From: a virus
Taxonomy: Duplodnaviria > Caudoviricetes
Length of the DNA stretch: 24,987 nt
Virus record (IMG/VR): IMGVR_UViG_3300005512_000309
Span: 1-24,987 of that record
Strand: one strand, 5' to 3'
In this document: positions 1-7,424 of the stretch, piece by piece
Numbering within the stretch: the stretch's first letter is position 1
Layout: each line of letters opens with the position of its first letter
Notes under the pieces: model-generated
What the model was told of the DNA's origin: nothing
The model's database searches: none
What the model saw: the letters and a program-made list of their open reading frames with translations, nothing else
Program-made: the position numbers and the translations under genes

Positions 1-3
1 TTT

Positions 4-55
4 AAGCCCTTCGGCTTTGGGGCGGCGGCAAATCAGGGTCGCGACTCGCCGCCGC
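4..55 (-). promoter_or_regulatory. Two tandem RNA hairpins in probable intercistronic leader
   Basis: Minus strand: GCGGCGGCGAGUCG-cgaccc-UGAUUUGCCGCCGC (22-55, with G.U pairs) followed by AAGCC-gaag-GGCUU (4-17); lies downstream of the RHH gene. Confidence 0.4.
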
Positions 56-86
56 TGGAGGGTGATACAGGATCCACGGTCCACGA

Positions 87-239
87 TCAACCCAATTTCA
101 CACCTTCGGATTCAAAAAATCTTTTCAGGATGAAGGTGACCTGCTTACTTACGCTCCGATCATTTTGATCGGCGGTGTCTTTCAACAGTTTGTATAGCTC
201 AACTGGAACAGCAACTGTTCTCCATCTACTTAAATCCAA
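87..239 (-). CDS. Ribbon-helix-helix (Arc/CopG-like) DNA-binding protein, 50 aa
   Basis: TTG start at 239 with AAGGAG (247-252) 7 nt upstream; WRTVAVPVELYKLLKDTADQNDRSVSKQVTFIL fits the beta-alpha-alpha RHH pattern. Confidence 0.75.
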   Translation of the reverse strand: MDLSRWRTVAVPVELYKLLKDTADQNDRSVSKQVTFILKRFFESEGVKLG

Positions 240-276
240 CTGTTTACTCCTTGGTGTGTATCTGCTAACGTGACTT

Positions 277-304
277 AAAATAAATGATCTTGACGGGGAG
301 TCAA
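277..304 (-). promoter_or_regulatory. Sigma70-like promoter for the RHH gene with overlapping palindrome
   Basis: Minus strand TTGACT-16 nt-TATTTT; TTGAC-N5-GTCAA inverted repeat at 290-304. Confidence 0.45.
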
Positions 305-311
305 CTAAAAT

Positions 312-764
312 ATGCGACCACACAGTAAAAATCGAGATGGTAAAAGATCTGAACTCTTGGCAGCGGAGTGGTTGTTCTCTCAAGACTGCTATGTTTACGC
401 TCCGTACCTCGAACAGGGGCCGATTGACCTGATTGCGGTCTCTCCGAACGGCAAAACCCATTACTTCGATGTCAAAACCCACAGTTTCCGGGCTGGCGGC
501 ACACCAATCTCTCGCAAGCTGACAGATACACAGCGCAAGCTAGGCGTTCGGCTGCTGTATGTGGATCTCGAGACCGGACGAGTGGGCCTGTACCCGCATC
601 AGTTGCAGAACAACGAAGAGTCTACACGCAACGCGATGAACCGGGCATTCAAGGGGGAGAAACCTCCAACCATTTCCGAGCTTCTTCACCCAAAGCCTGT
701 GCCGACAGATCAATCTTGTCACGAAGAGCACGAACAATCCGCTGATCAATCGAACCCGGAGTGA
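312..764 (+). CDS. PD-(D/E)XK endonuclease (Hjc/YraN-like)
   Basis: GKRSELLAAEWL...GPIDLIAV...YFDVKT catalytic motif pattern. Confidence 0.75.
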   Translation: MRPHSKNRDGKRSELLAAEWLFSQDCYVYAPYLEQGPIDLIAVSPNGKTHYFDVKTHSFRAGGTPISRKLTDTQRKLGVRLLYVDLETGRVGLYPHQLQNNEESTRNAMNRAFKGEKPPTISELLHPKPVPTDQSCHEEHEQSADQSNPE

Positions 765-2100
765 TCAGATCGACATAGGTGACTCGGTTGTTCTGCCCGA
801 TCCGGTGGCACCGGTCCTCGGACTGCATCCGAGTCGCCAAGTCGAAGTCGTTGGCGTAGTAGATCACGTTTGTTGCAGCCGTCAGCGTCAACCCGAAACC
901 TGCGGTCTGTGGGTTCGCCACGAAGAACCTGGCGTCACCGAACTGGAAGTCCTTGATCGCCTGCTGACGTTGTTCATCAGTGGTGTCCCCAAAATATGTG
1001 ACCACGGTCCCCGGCCCATGGATCCGTTGCAGTTCGCCTGCAATCTTCTTGATGTCGTAGCGGAAGCGTGACCAGATGATGACCTTGCCGGTCATCTCCT
1101 CGATTGTTTCCTTCAGCGCATCGAGCCGCTTGGTCGGGAACTCGATCAATTCACCGTCGTCCGTCTTGATGTGGCCGCACAGCACCTGCTGCAAGCGCAG
1201 CAGTTGTGTGATCACCGCCGGCGCCGTCACCAAATCGCCATTGTCGAACATGGCGATGGCCTGCTTCTTCAATGTCATGTAGTGCTGACGCTGCTCGTCG
1301 GTCACGCCCACCTCTCGGGTGGTGTACACTTTGTCCGGTAGATCGAGCGCCTCATCCTTGGTGACACGGTACGAAAACGTGTCGAGCTTGGTCGATAGCT
1401 CGTCGAGATTCCGGTAGCCGACGATCTGCAAGAAGCTGTGCGCGCCCATGCGCTGTGTTTTGGTGATCGCATACCGCCCTTGGAACGAGTAGTACGATGC
1501 GAAGCCGAGCAGCTTCTTGTCCATGAACCCGCACTGTGCGTACAGATCCATCGGGGACTTCGTCACCGGCGATCCTGTCAGGATTCTTTTATATGTTGCC
1601 TTCGAACCGAGAATGACCAGGTTCTTAGTGCGTTTGGCCTTGGGGTTCTTGATAGTAGTGGACTCATCAACAGCAAGTAGGCTTTGCCTGCCCTGAATGA
1701 ACTTATCCACGTACGCTGGTAGCTTCTTAGTCGCAAACCCTTCCACGTTCGCCAGAAGGATGCGGAGGACGCCACGCTCTTCAAGACCGGCCTTGAGTCT
1801 CTCGGCTTGTGACTTGTTGGGACTCGGATTCCATACATAAACCTCGTGCGGAATATCCTCGGGGAAGTGAACAGGGATCTCAGACGTTTCCCAGTTGCGG
1901 TAAACGCCCTTCGGCGCAACAATAACCGCTGTGTCAATACGGCCCTGCTCGTAGAGCCAGACGATGTTGTCAATAAGTACCTTCGATTTGCCACACCCCA
2001 TCTCCATAAAATATGCGTAGTTGTGCTTGTCGTACGAGCGTTCGAGAGCCACGCGCTGGTGTGCGTAAGGCTCCGTACGGTAGTTAAACTTCACCATCAT
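649..2100 (-). CDS. SNF2-family (SF2) helicase/translocase
   Basis: Q motif PYAHQ, Walker A MEMGCGKS, Walker B VDEST, motif III LTGSP, motif V GFGLTL, motif VI QSEDRCHRIGQ. Confidence 0.93.
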   Translation of the reverse strand: MMVKFNYRTEPYAHQRVALERSYDKHNYAYFMEMGCGKSKVLIDNIVWLYEQGRIDTAVIVAPKGVYRNWETSEIPVHFPEDIPHEVYVWNPSPNKSQAERLKAGLEERGVLRILLANVEGFATKKLPAYVDKFIQGRQSLLAVDESTTIKNPKAKRTKNLVILGSKATYKRILTGSPVTKSPMDLYAQCGFMDKKLLGFASYYSFQGRYAITKTQRMGAHSFLQIVGYRNLDELSTKLDTFSYRVTKDEALDLPDKVYTTREVGVTDEQRQHYMTLKKQAIAMFDNGDLVTAPAVITQLLRLQQVLCGHIKTDDGELIEFPTKRLDALKETIEEMTGKVIIWSRFRYDIKKIAGELQRIHGPGTVVTYFGDTTDEQRQQAIKDFQFGDARFFVANPQTAGFGLTLTAATNVIYYANDFDLATRMQSEDRCHRIGQNNRVTYVDLITPGSIDQRIVRALRDKIDLSAQALGEEARKWLEVSPP

Positions 2101-2335
2101 GGACGCCCTGATCTAGGATCGCCTTCTTGGCAACCTCCAGATAGAAAAGGATGTCAGCGACATCCTCCTGTGTCGTCATCATCTTGATGGCACCAGTGTC
2201 CTTGTCAGACCCCAAGATAACGACATCATCCAGATGCCTGCCTGCAATGTCGCACAAGACCTCAACCGCAGAGGCGTCAATCTTTTCGATGTTGGGTTGA
2301 TCTTTCGAGAAATAGATAATGTTGTCTTCAGTCAT
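2084..2335 (-). CDS. Hypothetical phage protein, 83 aa
   Basis: AAGGAGAG RBS before MTEDNIIYF; start overlaps the upstream stop (ATGACTGA). Confidence 0.7.
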   Translation of the reverse strand: MTEDNIIYFSKDQPNIEKIDASAVEVLCDIAGRHLDDVVILGSDKDTGAIKMMTTQEDVADILFYLEVAKKAILDQGVHDGEV

Positions 2336-2561
2336 TGGCGCACTCTCCTTGGCAGCAGTCATCAATCACGCTACCACAGACGGAACATTGACTGTGGCCG
2401 TGAACTTCTACAATAGAAGCAAGAGGTGTGCCACACCGAACGCAGCGGCTGGTCATGCTATCGACCATTGCATCATGAATATCTTCCATTAATTTACCGC
2501 GCTTGTCCGGCACCACATGGTGCTTTCGAATCTCACGCCAGTTTGGATCACGTTGTTTCAT
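2328..2561 (-). CDS. Small Zn-ribbon protein
   Basis: CVRC...CSVC...DDCCQGE; coupled to the downstream gene. Confidence 0.65.
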   Translation of the reverse strand: MKQRDPNWREIRKHHVVPDKRGKLMEDIHDAMVDSMTSRCVRCGTPLASIVEVHGHSQCSVCGSVIDDCCQGECAND

Positions 2562-2645
2562 TTTTCTCTTGAACCTATCCTCGGTAATGTCTATATATTG
2601 AATTGTTGGAGGAACACGTCAGTACGATTCTGTTCTTGGTTTTTG

Positions 2646-2680
2646 AAAGACCCGGCGGCTTGAAACCGCCGGGTCTTTTT
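2646..2680. terminator. Intrinsic terminator-like hairpin, possibly bidirectional
   Basis: 13-bp stem aaagacccggcgg / ccgccgggtcttt with 7-nt loop, immediately after the stop at 2679-2681; T-run on + strand, short U-run on - strand. Confidence 0.7.
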
Positions 2681-2897
2681 ATGTCCCCGTCTTTTCTGCT
2701 CTGCACACAATGGTCACAACAATCGGCTGATCGTATTCCTTGGTTAGATCGACGAAGAGTATCTTCTCTGTACGATACGCCCACGCCTCACAAATCTCCT
2801 GACTCTGAAACTTCTCGCCCTCGTTCATGTAACACTTGTTGACAGGAAGCCCGGTGACATCTGCTGCGATGCAGATCGCTACAATAGAGCCAACCAT
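2679..2897 (-). CDS. Hypothetical small, possibly exported protein, 72 aa
   Basis: GAGGGG RBS; hydrophobic N-terminus MVGSIVAICIAA; 4 Cys. Confidence 0.65.
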   Translation of the reverse strand: MVGSIVAICIAADVTGLPVNKCYMNEGEKFQSQEICEAWAYRTEKILFVDLTKEYDQPIVVTIVCRAEKTGT

Positions 2898-2899
2898 GA

Positions 2900-3085
2900 T
2901 CAGCCCCTCAGAATCCTCTGCCATGCTTCCATGACCTTGTCGGCCTGACCCTCCTCGAAGTCTTCGGGCCATTCGTGAAGAGTGCACAACACTTCGTTAA
3001 CGCACCAGTCGATTACCTGAACGGCGGTGCTCCACTCCATGCTTTGCTCGGTTTTTGCCTCTGGCATTAGATGTGTTTGGTTCAT
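2900..3085 (-). CDS. Hypothetical protein, 61 aa
   Basis: AAGGAGG RBS before MNQTHL. Confidence 0.65.
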   Translation of the reverse strand: MNQTHLMPEAKTEQSMEWSTAVQVIDWCVNEVLCTLHEWPEDFEEGQADKVMEAWQRILRG

Positions 3086-3215
3086 GACCAACCTCCTTGA
3101 AATAACATGGCGCACACAAGTGCCCATGTCTCCAAATTACGTCCCCCTTATCACCACATTTATCACAAGTTTCCTGATGATAACTGATGACACTTGAAAC
3201 TACAAGCTGCCTCAT
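2997..3215 (-). CDS. Small Zn-finger protein
   Basis: ATGA overlap with upstream stop; CDKC...CAPC; 3' end overlaps the next gene by 89 nt. Confidence 0.5.
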   Translation of the reverse strand: MRQLVVSSVISYHQETCDKCGDKGDVIWRHGHLCAPCYFKEVGHEPNTSNARGKNRAKHGVEHRRSGNRLVR

Positions 3216-3418
3216 TGTAATGATCCAGCATTGCTGATGACATCGTCGATATCCACCAACGGTGTACAAGTGGGGGGTTGACTTACACCGTGGATCTGTA
3301 ATCCACAACATCGGCACACGGTCGCCGGTCCAGGGTCCAAGGCTGTCTCACACTTCGGGCACAGGCCAAGATCGAGTCTCTTAGCCATTGTCCCATCACC
3401 TTGTTCAATCATGCTCAT
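3212..3418 (-). CDS. Small Zn-ribbon protein
   Basis: CPKC...CRCCG; overlaps neighbours in operon fashion. Confidence 0.65.
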   Translation of the reverse strand: MSMIEQGDGTMAKRLDLGLCPKCETALDPGPATVCRCCGLQIHGVSQPPTCTPLVDIDDVISNAGSLQ

Positions 3419-3587
3419 ACTCCACTCGAATACACAGTGCTTCTTGATTCATGGGCATGCGCTCCCAGAAGATGGTGGTCGATGCCACATGGCACTCAGC
3501 CATAGTATCGTAGCCGCCGAGGGATATGGTGTCGATTCGTTCGACACCATACCCTGTGACTAGCAGCAGAACCCAGACGACCTTCAT
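3405..3587 (-). CDS. Small membrane/exported protein, 60 aa
   Basis: MKVVWVLLLVTG hydrophobic N-terminus; ATGA coupling. Confidence 0.65.
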   Translation of the reverse strand: MKVVWVLLLVTGYGVERIDTISLGGYDTMAECHVASTTIFWERMPMNQEALCIRVEYEHD

Positions 3588-3832
3588 TCGTCGTCGTCCT
3601 CTGGAACTTCCTCGGCAAACATCCAGTCCGACCAGTACGCACCATGCTTTGCTGGCGGCTTGAACTCGAACTCGTGGTGCAACGTGTGGATGATCTTATT
3701 CAGCTTCTGCAAGTCAGACAGCCAGATGTCATTGCACTCCTCGATGGTGTTCTTGATATCCTTCAGATCGTTGTGAATCTTCAGCATGGTTTGACGCATG
3801 TCGCGCGTCACTCGCTTGTCATATACACTCAC
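3584..3832 (-). CDS. Hypothetical helical protein, 82 aa
   Basis: GTG start with AAGGGAG upstream; operon coupling. Confidence 0.65.
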   Translation of the reverse strand: MSVYDKRVTRDMRQTMLKIHNDLKDIKNTIEECNDIWLSDLQKLNKIIHTLHHEFEFKPPAKHGAYWSDWMFAEEVPEDDDE

Positions 3833-3974
3833 CTAGAATCTCCCTTCTGTAGGTTTCGTCTTCATAGGCACACTCGTCGCAACGAATGTCCCCAAAATAG
3901 CTGGTATGTTCCCAGCATCTCTCACCGCACTCGTCACACTCGACGCCTTGGTAGTCGTCCTCGATACTATCCAT
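3819..3974 (-). CDS. Acidic Zn-finger microprotein, 51 aa (absent from ORF track)
   Basis: Hand translation MDSIEDDYQGVECDECGERCWEHTSYFGDIRCDECAYEDETYRREILGECI; AAGGAGGAG RBS; fills the operon gap. Confidence 0.65.
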   Translation of the reverse strand: MDSIEDDYQGVECDECGERCWEHTSYFGDIRCDECAYEDETYRREILGECI

Positions 3975-4854
3975 CGGTCTCCTCCTTCCGGATGTTGTCC
4001 AAGAACATGTTCTCGCGGTGCCATTTCAAGTATTCACGGCGCCGTTCCCCACCATTGCCCCTCAACAGATGGGCAATAGACACATGATGCGAGATTCCAA
4101 ACCGCCGTAACTCGTCGCCGGTCATGTGAAGACTCCGCATCAACCTGCCGTCATCGGCAAACGTGATCCACGCAGCACGGCCCTTCCAGCCGTTGAACCC
4201 GTGTGGGCACAGACCGTCGAACAGTTCGTTCGCTGCCAGCGACAGCATCAACACGTTTGACCAGTCCGTCTTTTGCCAGTCGAATTCACAGGCACTGTCC
4301 GGCTTGATATGCGACACGCGCAAAAATTGCGGCCTGTCTATGCCGGTCACCGGGCACACCGGATTCTTCGCAAGCATCTGTTTGCGTAGCTGACCTGTGT
4401 CATAGGGCCGGGTCGTCACCGTCTGCTGACGACTCTCGGTAATCTTCACCGGCGTCACCTTGTTGTCATTCACTGGTGGCGTCGAGTCCGCAGCTTTCGG
4501 CTTGTAGTCCACCGGCACCGCAAGGACGTGGGTAAACGTGTCCGTCTGTCCGTTACAGTAGTCGCCGCTCCATTCGGTTTTTGCCTTTGCGATGACCCGC
4601 AGCTTCACCCCACGCGCGGTCTCAACCACCGATCCGACACGCGGTGCCTCACCAGTTATGCCGTGCGAGTTCCTTCGCTGCTGACCACTCGACCCGGGTC
4701 TGTGCCTTTTAGCAGACCGGTGCTTGAAGAAAAACTCCCGAACATACGGCTCAGGTGGCTCCCATGTGTCACGATTCCTTGGGATGTTTAATTCGAATTC
4801 ACGGATCACGTTCAAGTGTTCCTCGACGTTTCTTGCTCTGGTGTATTTAGCCAT
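3967..4854 (-). CDS. HNH_2-type endonuclease with uncharacterised N-terminal domain
   Basis: CPVTG...LRVSHIKP...NVLML...NELFD...WITF...YLKWHRENMF; probable start MAKYT. Confidence 0.8.
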   Translation of the reverse strand: MAKYTRARNVEEHLNVIREFELNIPRNRDTWEPPEPYVREFFFKHRSAKRHRPGSSGQQRRNSHGITGEAPRVGSVVETARGVKLRVIAKAKTEWSGDYCNGQTDTFTHVLAVPVDYKPKAADSTPPVNDNKVTPVKITESRQQTVTTRPYDTGQLRKQMLAKNPVCPVTGIDRPQFLRVSHIKPDSACEFDWQKTDWSNVLMLSLAANELFDGLCPHGFNGWKGRAAWITFADDGRLMRSLHMTGDELRRFGISHHVSIAHLLRGNGGERRREYLKWHRENMFLDNIRKEETDG

Positions 4855-4867
4855 ATCACCCTTCCCC

Positions 4868-5170
4868 CTAGTGTCCTGTGCCAGACAAATCACGCAAAAC
4901 CTCGTGCATCTCTCTCAGAAGCCACGGCTCCGGTTCGTCGTGAAAATTCTGGATGTTGTATAGATTGGCATCGTGTTGGTGGATGCCTTTGAGCGGACGA
5001 AACGGACTGACAGGCTTGTCAAACACCGACTCATGCGCCAGCGTGTCATTAACATTGTGGCCGCTGCACACCATCATATCGCCAAGGTCAAAAGCCCCAA
5101 GTCCGTCTGTTCTAGACTGAACCCAATAGTCGCGCTCCATCACAAAGCGCACCGTCAAGATGTCCCTCAT
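4868..5170 (-). CDS. Hypothetical protein, 100 aa
   Basis: GGGGAG RBS, ATGA coupling. Confidence 0.6.
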   Translation of the reverse strand: MRDILTVRFVMERDYWVQSRTDGLGAFDLGDMMVCSGHNVNDTLAHESVFDKPVSPFRPLKGIHQHDANLYNIQNFHDEPEPWLLREMHEVLRDLSGTGH

Positions 5171-5439
5171 GTCACCAACTCCCCGTCGATGTACTCGCGG
5201 TCCGGCCACTTGTAGTCCATGCCGTCACCGTTCTCCTCGGCGGTCGGCTCGTACTCGAACATGTGACCATCCTTCTCCCACTGCACATGCAGCAACCCCC
5301 ACTTGATGTAGAAGTCATGCGCCTCCTCAATCGGACGCGGCTGACCTTCATGGTCGGTGGGCCAGCCTTCGATGTGCTTGATCTCCCAGAAGTGTGTGGC
5401 CTGCACATGGTACTCGGCCTCAATAATCCTCGCTGTCAT
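5167..5439 (-). CDS. Hypothetical acidic, Trp-rich protein, 90 aa
   Basis: AGGAG RBS before MTARIIEAE. Confidence 0.65.
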   Translation of the reverse strand: MTARIIEAEYHVQATHFWEIKHIEGWPTDHEGQPRPIEEAHDFYIKWGLLHVQWEKDGHMFEYEPTAEENGDGMDYKWPDREYIDGELVT

Positions 5440-5680
5440 CTTCTTGCTCCTTTGCATCGCGCTCTAAATTCTGTGCTTCATAAACAGCTTCCTCGACATA
5501 CCGAAAGGGGCCGGCAACGGTGATGTCCAACTTGGTGTCCACCACAAAATTTTCATACCAGCCCTCTTCGGCAACCGCGAATCTCGTCTCCTTGTTGTAA
5601 CAAGCACACTTACCCGCGAGTCGATCTGTGTGTTCACAAATTCCGTCGTCGCACTGCCAATCAATTTCAGCCATGTTCAT
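5420..5680 (-). CDS. Hypothetical protein, 86 aa
   Basis: GAGGTG RBS; TGATG coupling. Confidence 0.6.
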   Translation of the reverse strand: MNMAEIDWQCDDGICEHTDRLAGKCACYNKETRFAVAEEGWYENFVVDTKLDITVAGPFRYVEEAVYEAQNLERDAKEQEDDSEDY

Positions 5681-5889
5681 CACACCTCGCCGTTCAACCT
5701 GTCAACGTAGGCGTCGGCTTCAAGTTCCGCTGCCTCGATCTTGCGATACTCGATGCTGTCCGCCATCCGGCCCTGCACATCATCGTAAACTTGCAGATTC
5801 ATCGCGCCATGTTCGGCGGCCCACGAATCACGGCTCATCCATGTGGCATCTTCTTCCATGCCCATCAGCCAGCTTTTGACCTTACCCAT
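5680..5889 (-). CDS. Hypothetical phage protein, 69 aa
   Basis: GGAGG RBS before MGKVKSWLMGMEEDA. Confidence 0.65.
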   Translation of the reverse strand: MGKVKSWLMGMEEDATWMSRDSWAAEHGAMNLQVYDDVQGRMADSIEYRKIEAAELEADAYVDRLNGEV

Positions 5890-6184
5890 CGTAACGATCC
5901 TCCGCTTCAATACTGAACTCGATGAATGTCATGCGCTTCATCTTCTTCATCTTGTTCTTGTCAACAACATAAATGCCATGCGGCACCGTCCTGTGATTGC
6001 GAACCACACGGTAGACATAAATCCGACCAGCGTACCGCTGACCTTCCTTCAACGGGAAAACCGCACGGTTCCGAAGCAGCTTCTTCTCCAGAACCCCAAT
6101 CGAATCACACACCGGCAACAGACGGTCAGCGACATACTTGCCATCACTGTCCAAGACCTGTTGCTTTGCGTAATATCTCGGCAT
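5882..6184 (-). CDS. Hypothetical basic protein, 100 aa; first gene of the leftward operon
   Basis: AGGAG RBS before MPRYYAK. Confidence 0.65.
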   Translation of the reverse strand: MPRYYAKQQVLDSDGKYVADRLLPVCDSIGVLEKKLLRNRAVFPLKEGQRYAGRIYVYRVVRNHRTVPHGIYVVDKNKMKKMKRMTFIEFSIEAEDRYDG

Positions 6185-6248
6185 ATCTTTTCTCCTGTGT
6201 TGTTGGTGCCCGGTCCACGGACCAAGGATCACCAAGGGTTGATAAATA

Positions 6249-6276
6249 AGAGTAACAAATGATCAGTGATAGTCAA
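6249..6276 (-). promoter_or_regulatory. Sigma70-like promoter of the leftward operon
   Basis: Minus strand TTGACT-16 nt-TACTCT with TG extended -10 element. Confidence 0.6.
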
Positions 6277-6345
6277 CAACAAAACCGTTGCATAAAACGA
6301 TTTTCTCCGGGTTGTTGCATTCAACAAAAAATTTTTGAAAATGGT

Positions 6346-6420
6346 GATACAAACGATACAAACGATACAACCCTTACTGAGCAACGGTTACAGCTGTATC
6401 ACTTCTGTACCGTTGTAACA
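6346..6420. repeat. Iteron-like repeats: GATACAAAC x3 followed by inverted TGTAxC copies
   Basis: gatacaaac 6346-6354 and 6355-6363, gatacaacc 6364-6372; tgtatc 6395-6400, tgtacc 6406-6411, tgtaac 6414-6419. Confidence 0.75.
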
Positions 6421-6484
6421 CTTATGAGTCGGGGTGGGCGTTGATTTTTGGTTTTTCAAACTGCAAAGGGCAAAAAATATCGCT

Positions 6485-7030
6485 ATGGGCAAGGTAGGTA
6501 GACCAGCCGGGCTGACGAACCGGCAACGAGAATTTGCCAAGTATTATGTCGAGGGCAGATACAGCAACACCGAGTGCGCGAGGAAGGCGGGCTATGCCGA
6601 AGGCAGTGCCAACGTGCAAGCGGCGAAACTTCTCGACGGCAAGACATTTCCGGAAGTGCCGAAGCTGATCAAGGAATTGCGGCAAGCACGGGAGCGCCGA
6701 TATGGTGTCACGCTGCTGAACCAGTTGAAGCGGTTCGAAGACCTGTCCCTCGCTGCCGAAGAGGCCGGGCAGTTTTCCGCTGCCATCAACGCCGAGAAGA
6801 TTAGATCCGCACTTGGTGGCCTGACAATCGACCGCCGGGAATCGACACACGTTCACCAACTTGACCAGCTTTCGCGTGAAGAGATCGTCGCCCGACTCGC
6901 TGCCATCCGGCAGGAATACCCCCATGCATTCGACAACATGAAACGAGTGGAAGATGCCAAAGACGGAGCGCAGCCTGTGGAACTCATTGAAGCAGAATTT
7001 ACCGAAAAAGACCCACTTCCAGCGGATTGA
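6485..7030 (+). CDS. terS: Terminase small subunit
   Basis: LTNRQREFAKYYV...ECARKAGYAEGSANVQAAKLL HTH signature of Terminase_2-type proteins. Confidence 0.88.
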   Translation: MGKVGRPAGLTNRQREFAKYYVEGRYSNTECARKAGYAEGSANVQAAKLLDGKTFPEVPKLIKELRQARERRYGVTLLNQLKRFEDLSLAAEEAGQFSAAINAEKIRSALGGLTIDRRESTHVHQLDQLSREEIVARLAAIRQEYPHAFDNMKRVEDAKDGAQPVELIEAEFTEKDPLPAD

Positions 7031-7382
7031 AAACCGCGCCGGGCAAGGGATGCCGGACGTATATCTCTGCATGAATGGGGTGCCGGTCTGGTGCGAGTTA
7101 AAAATAATTAAAAATGGTCGCGTATCCTTATCAACCTCGCAAATTGCTTGGCATTTGGCACATACACGTTGTCGCGGTGCAAGTTTTTTCTTGGTCCATG
7201 ACCCCTCGACCGGCGATGTATTTTTATTTGACGGTGGAAAAGCGGCGGTGATCCATGAATCACGGACCATTGACCTGTGCGCCCCTGCGCCTGCGCCTGC
7301 GTATGTATGGAAAGGCCCGCTGCGTGCTGCGCCTGCGGCCCTGCGCGCCTGCGCTGTCGAAGCCTGGGCGCTGCGGGAATAA
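6954..7382 (+). CDS. VRR-NUC / Holliday-junction-resolvase-like PD-(D/E)XK nuclease
   Basis: E..LW...RIEN...GMPDV...VWCELK...LSTSQIAWH motif. Confidence 0.8.
   Translation: MPKTERSLWNSLKQNLPKKTHFQRIENRAGQGMPDVYLCMNGVPVWCELKIIKNGRVSLSTSQIAWHLAHTRCRGASFFLVHDPSTGDVFLFDGGKAAVIHESRTIDLCAPAPAPAYVWKGPLRAAPAALRACAVEAWALRE
7284..7375 (+). repeat. (C/G)CTGCG hexamer cluster
   Basis: About 9 co-oriented CTGCG copies, including tandem cctgcg x3 at 7284-7301. Confidence 0.75.
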
Positions 7383-7414
7383 AAAAACACGGCCCGCCAA
7401 TGGCGGGCCGTGTT
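7381..7414 (-). terminator. Intrinsic terminator between convergent genes
   Basis: 13-bp stem aacacggcccgcc / ggcgggccgtgtt with a 7-U tract on the minus strand. Confidence 0.8.
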
Positions 7415-7424
7415 CCTCGGAGGA

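Noticed and set aside
1-70. Possible tRNA
   Set aside because: GC-rich stem present but no cloverleaf, T-loop (TTCRA) or CCA geometry
240-482. N-terminal extension of ORF 87..482
   Set aside because: Overlaps the promoter and the nuclease antisense; the SD supports a TTG start at 239
2575-2842. ORFs 2575..2784(-) and 2603..2842(+)
   Set aside because: They span the terminator hairpin and overlap the better-supported 2679-2897 gene
3833-4024. 63-aa ORF from the track
   Set aside because: The alternative frame 3819-3974 has a strong SD and paired CxxC motifs
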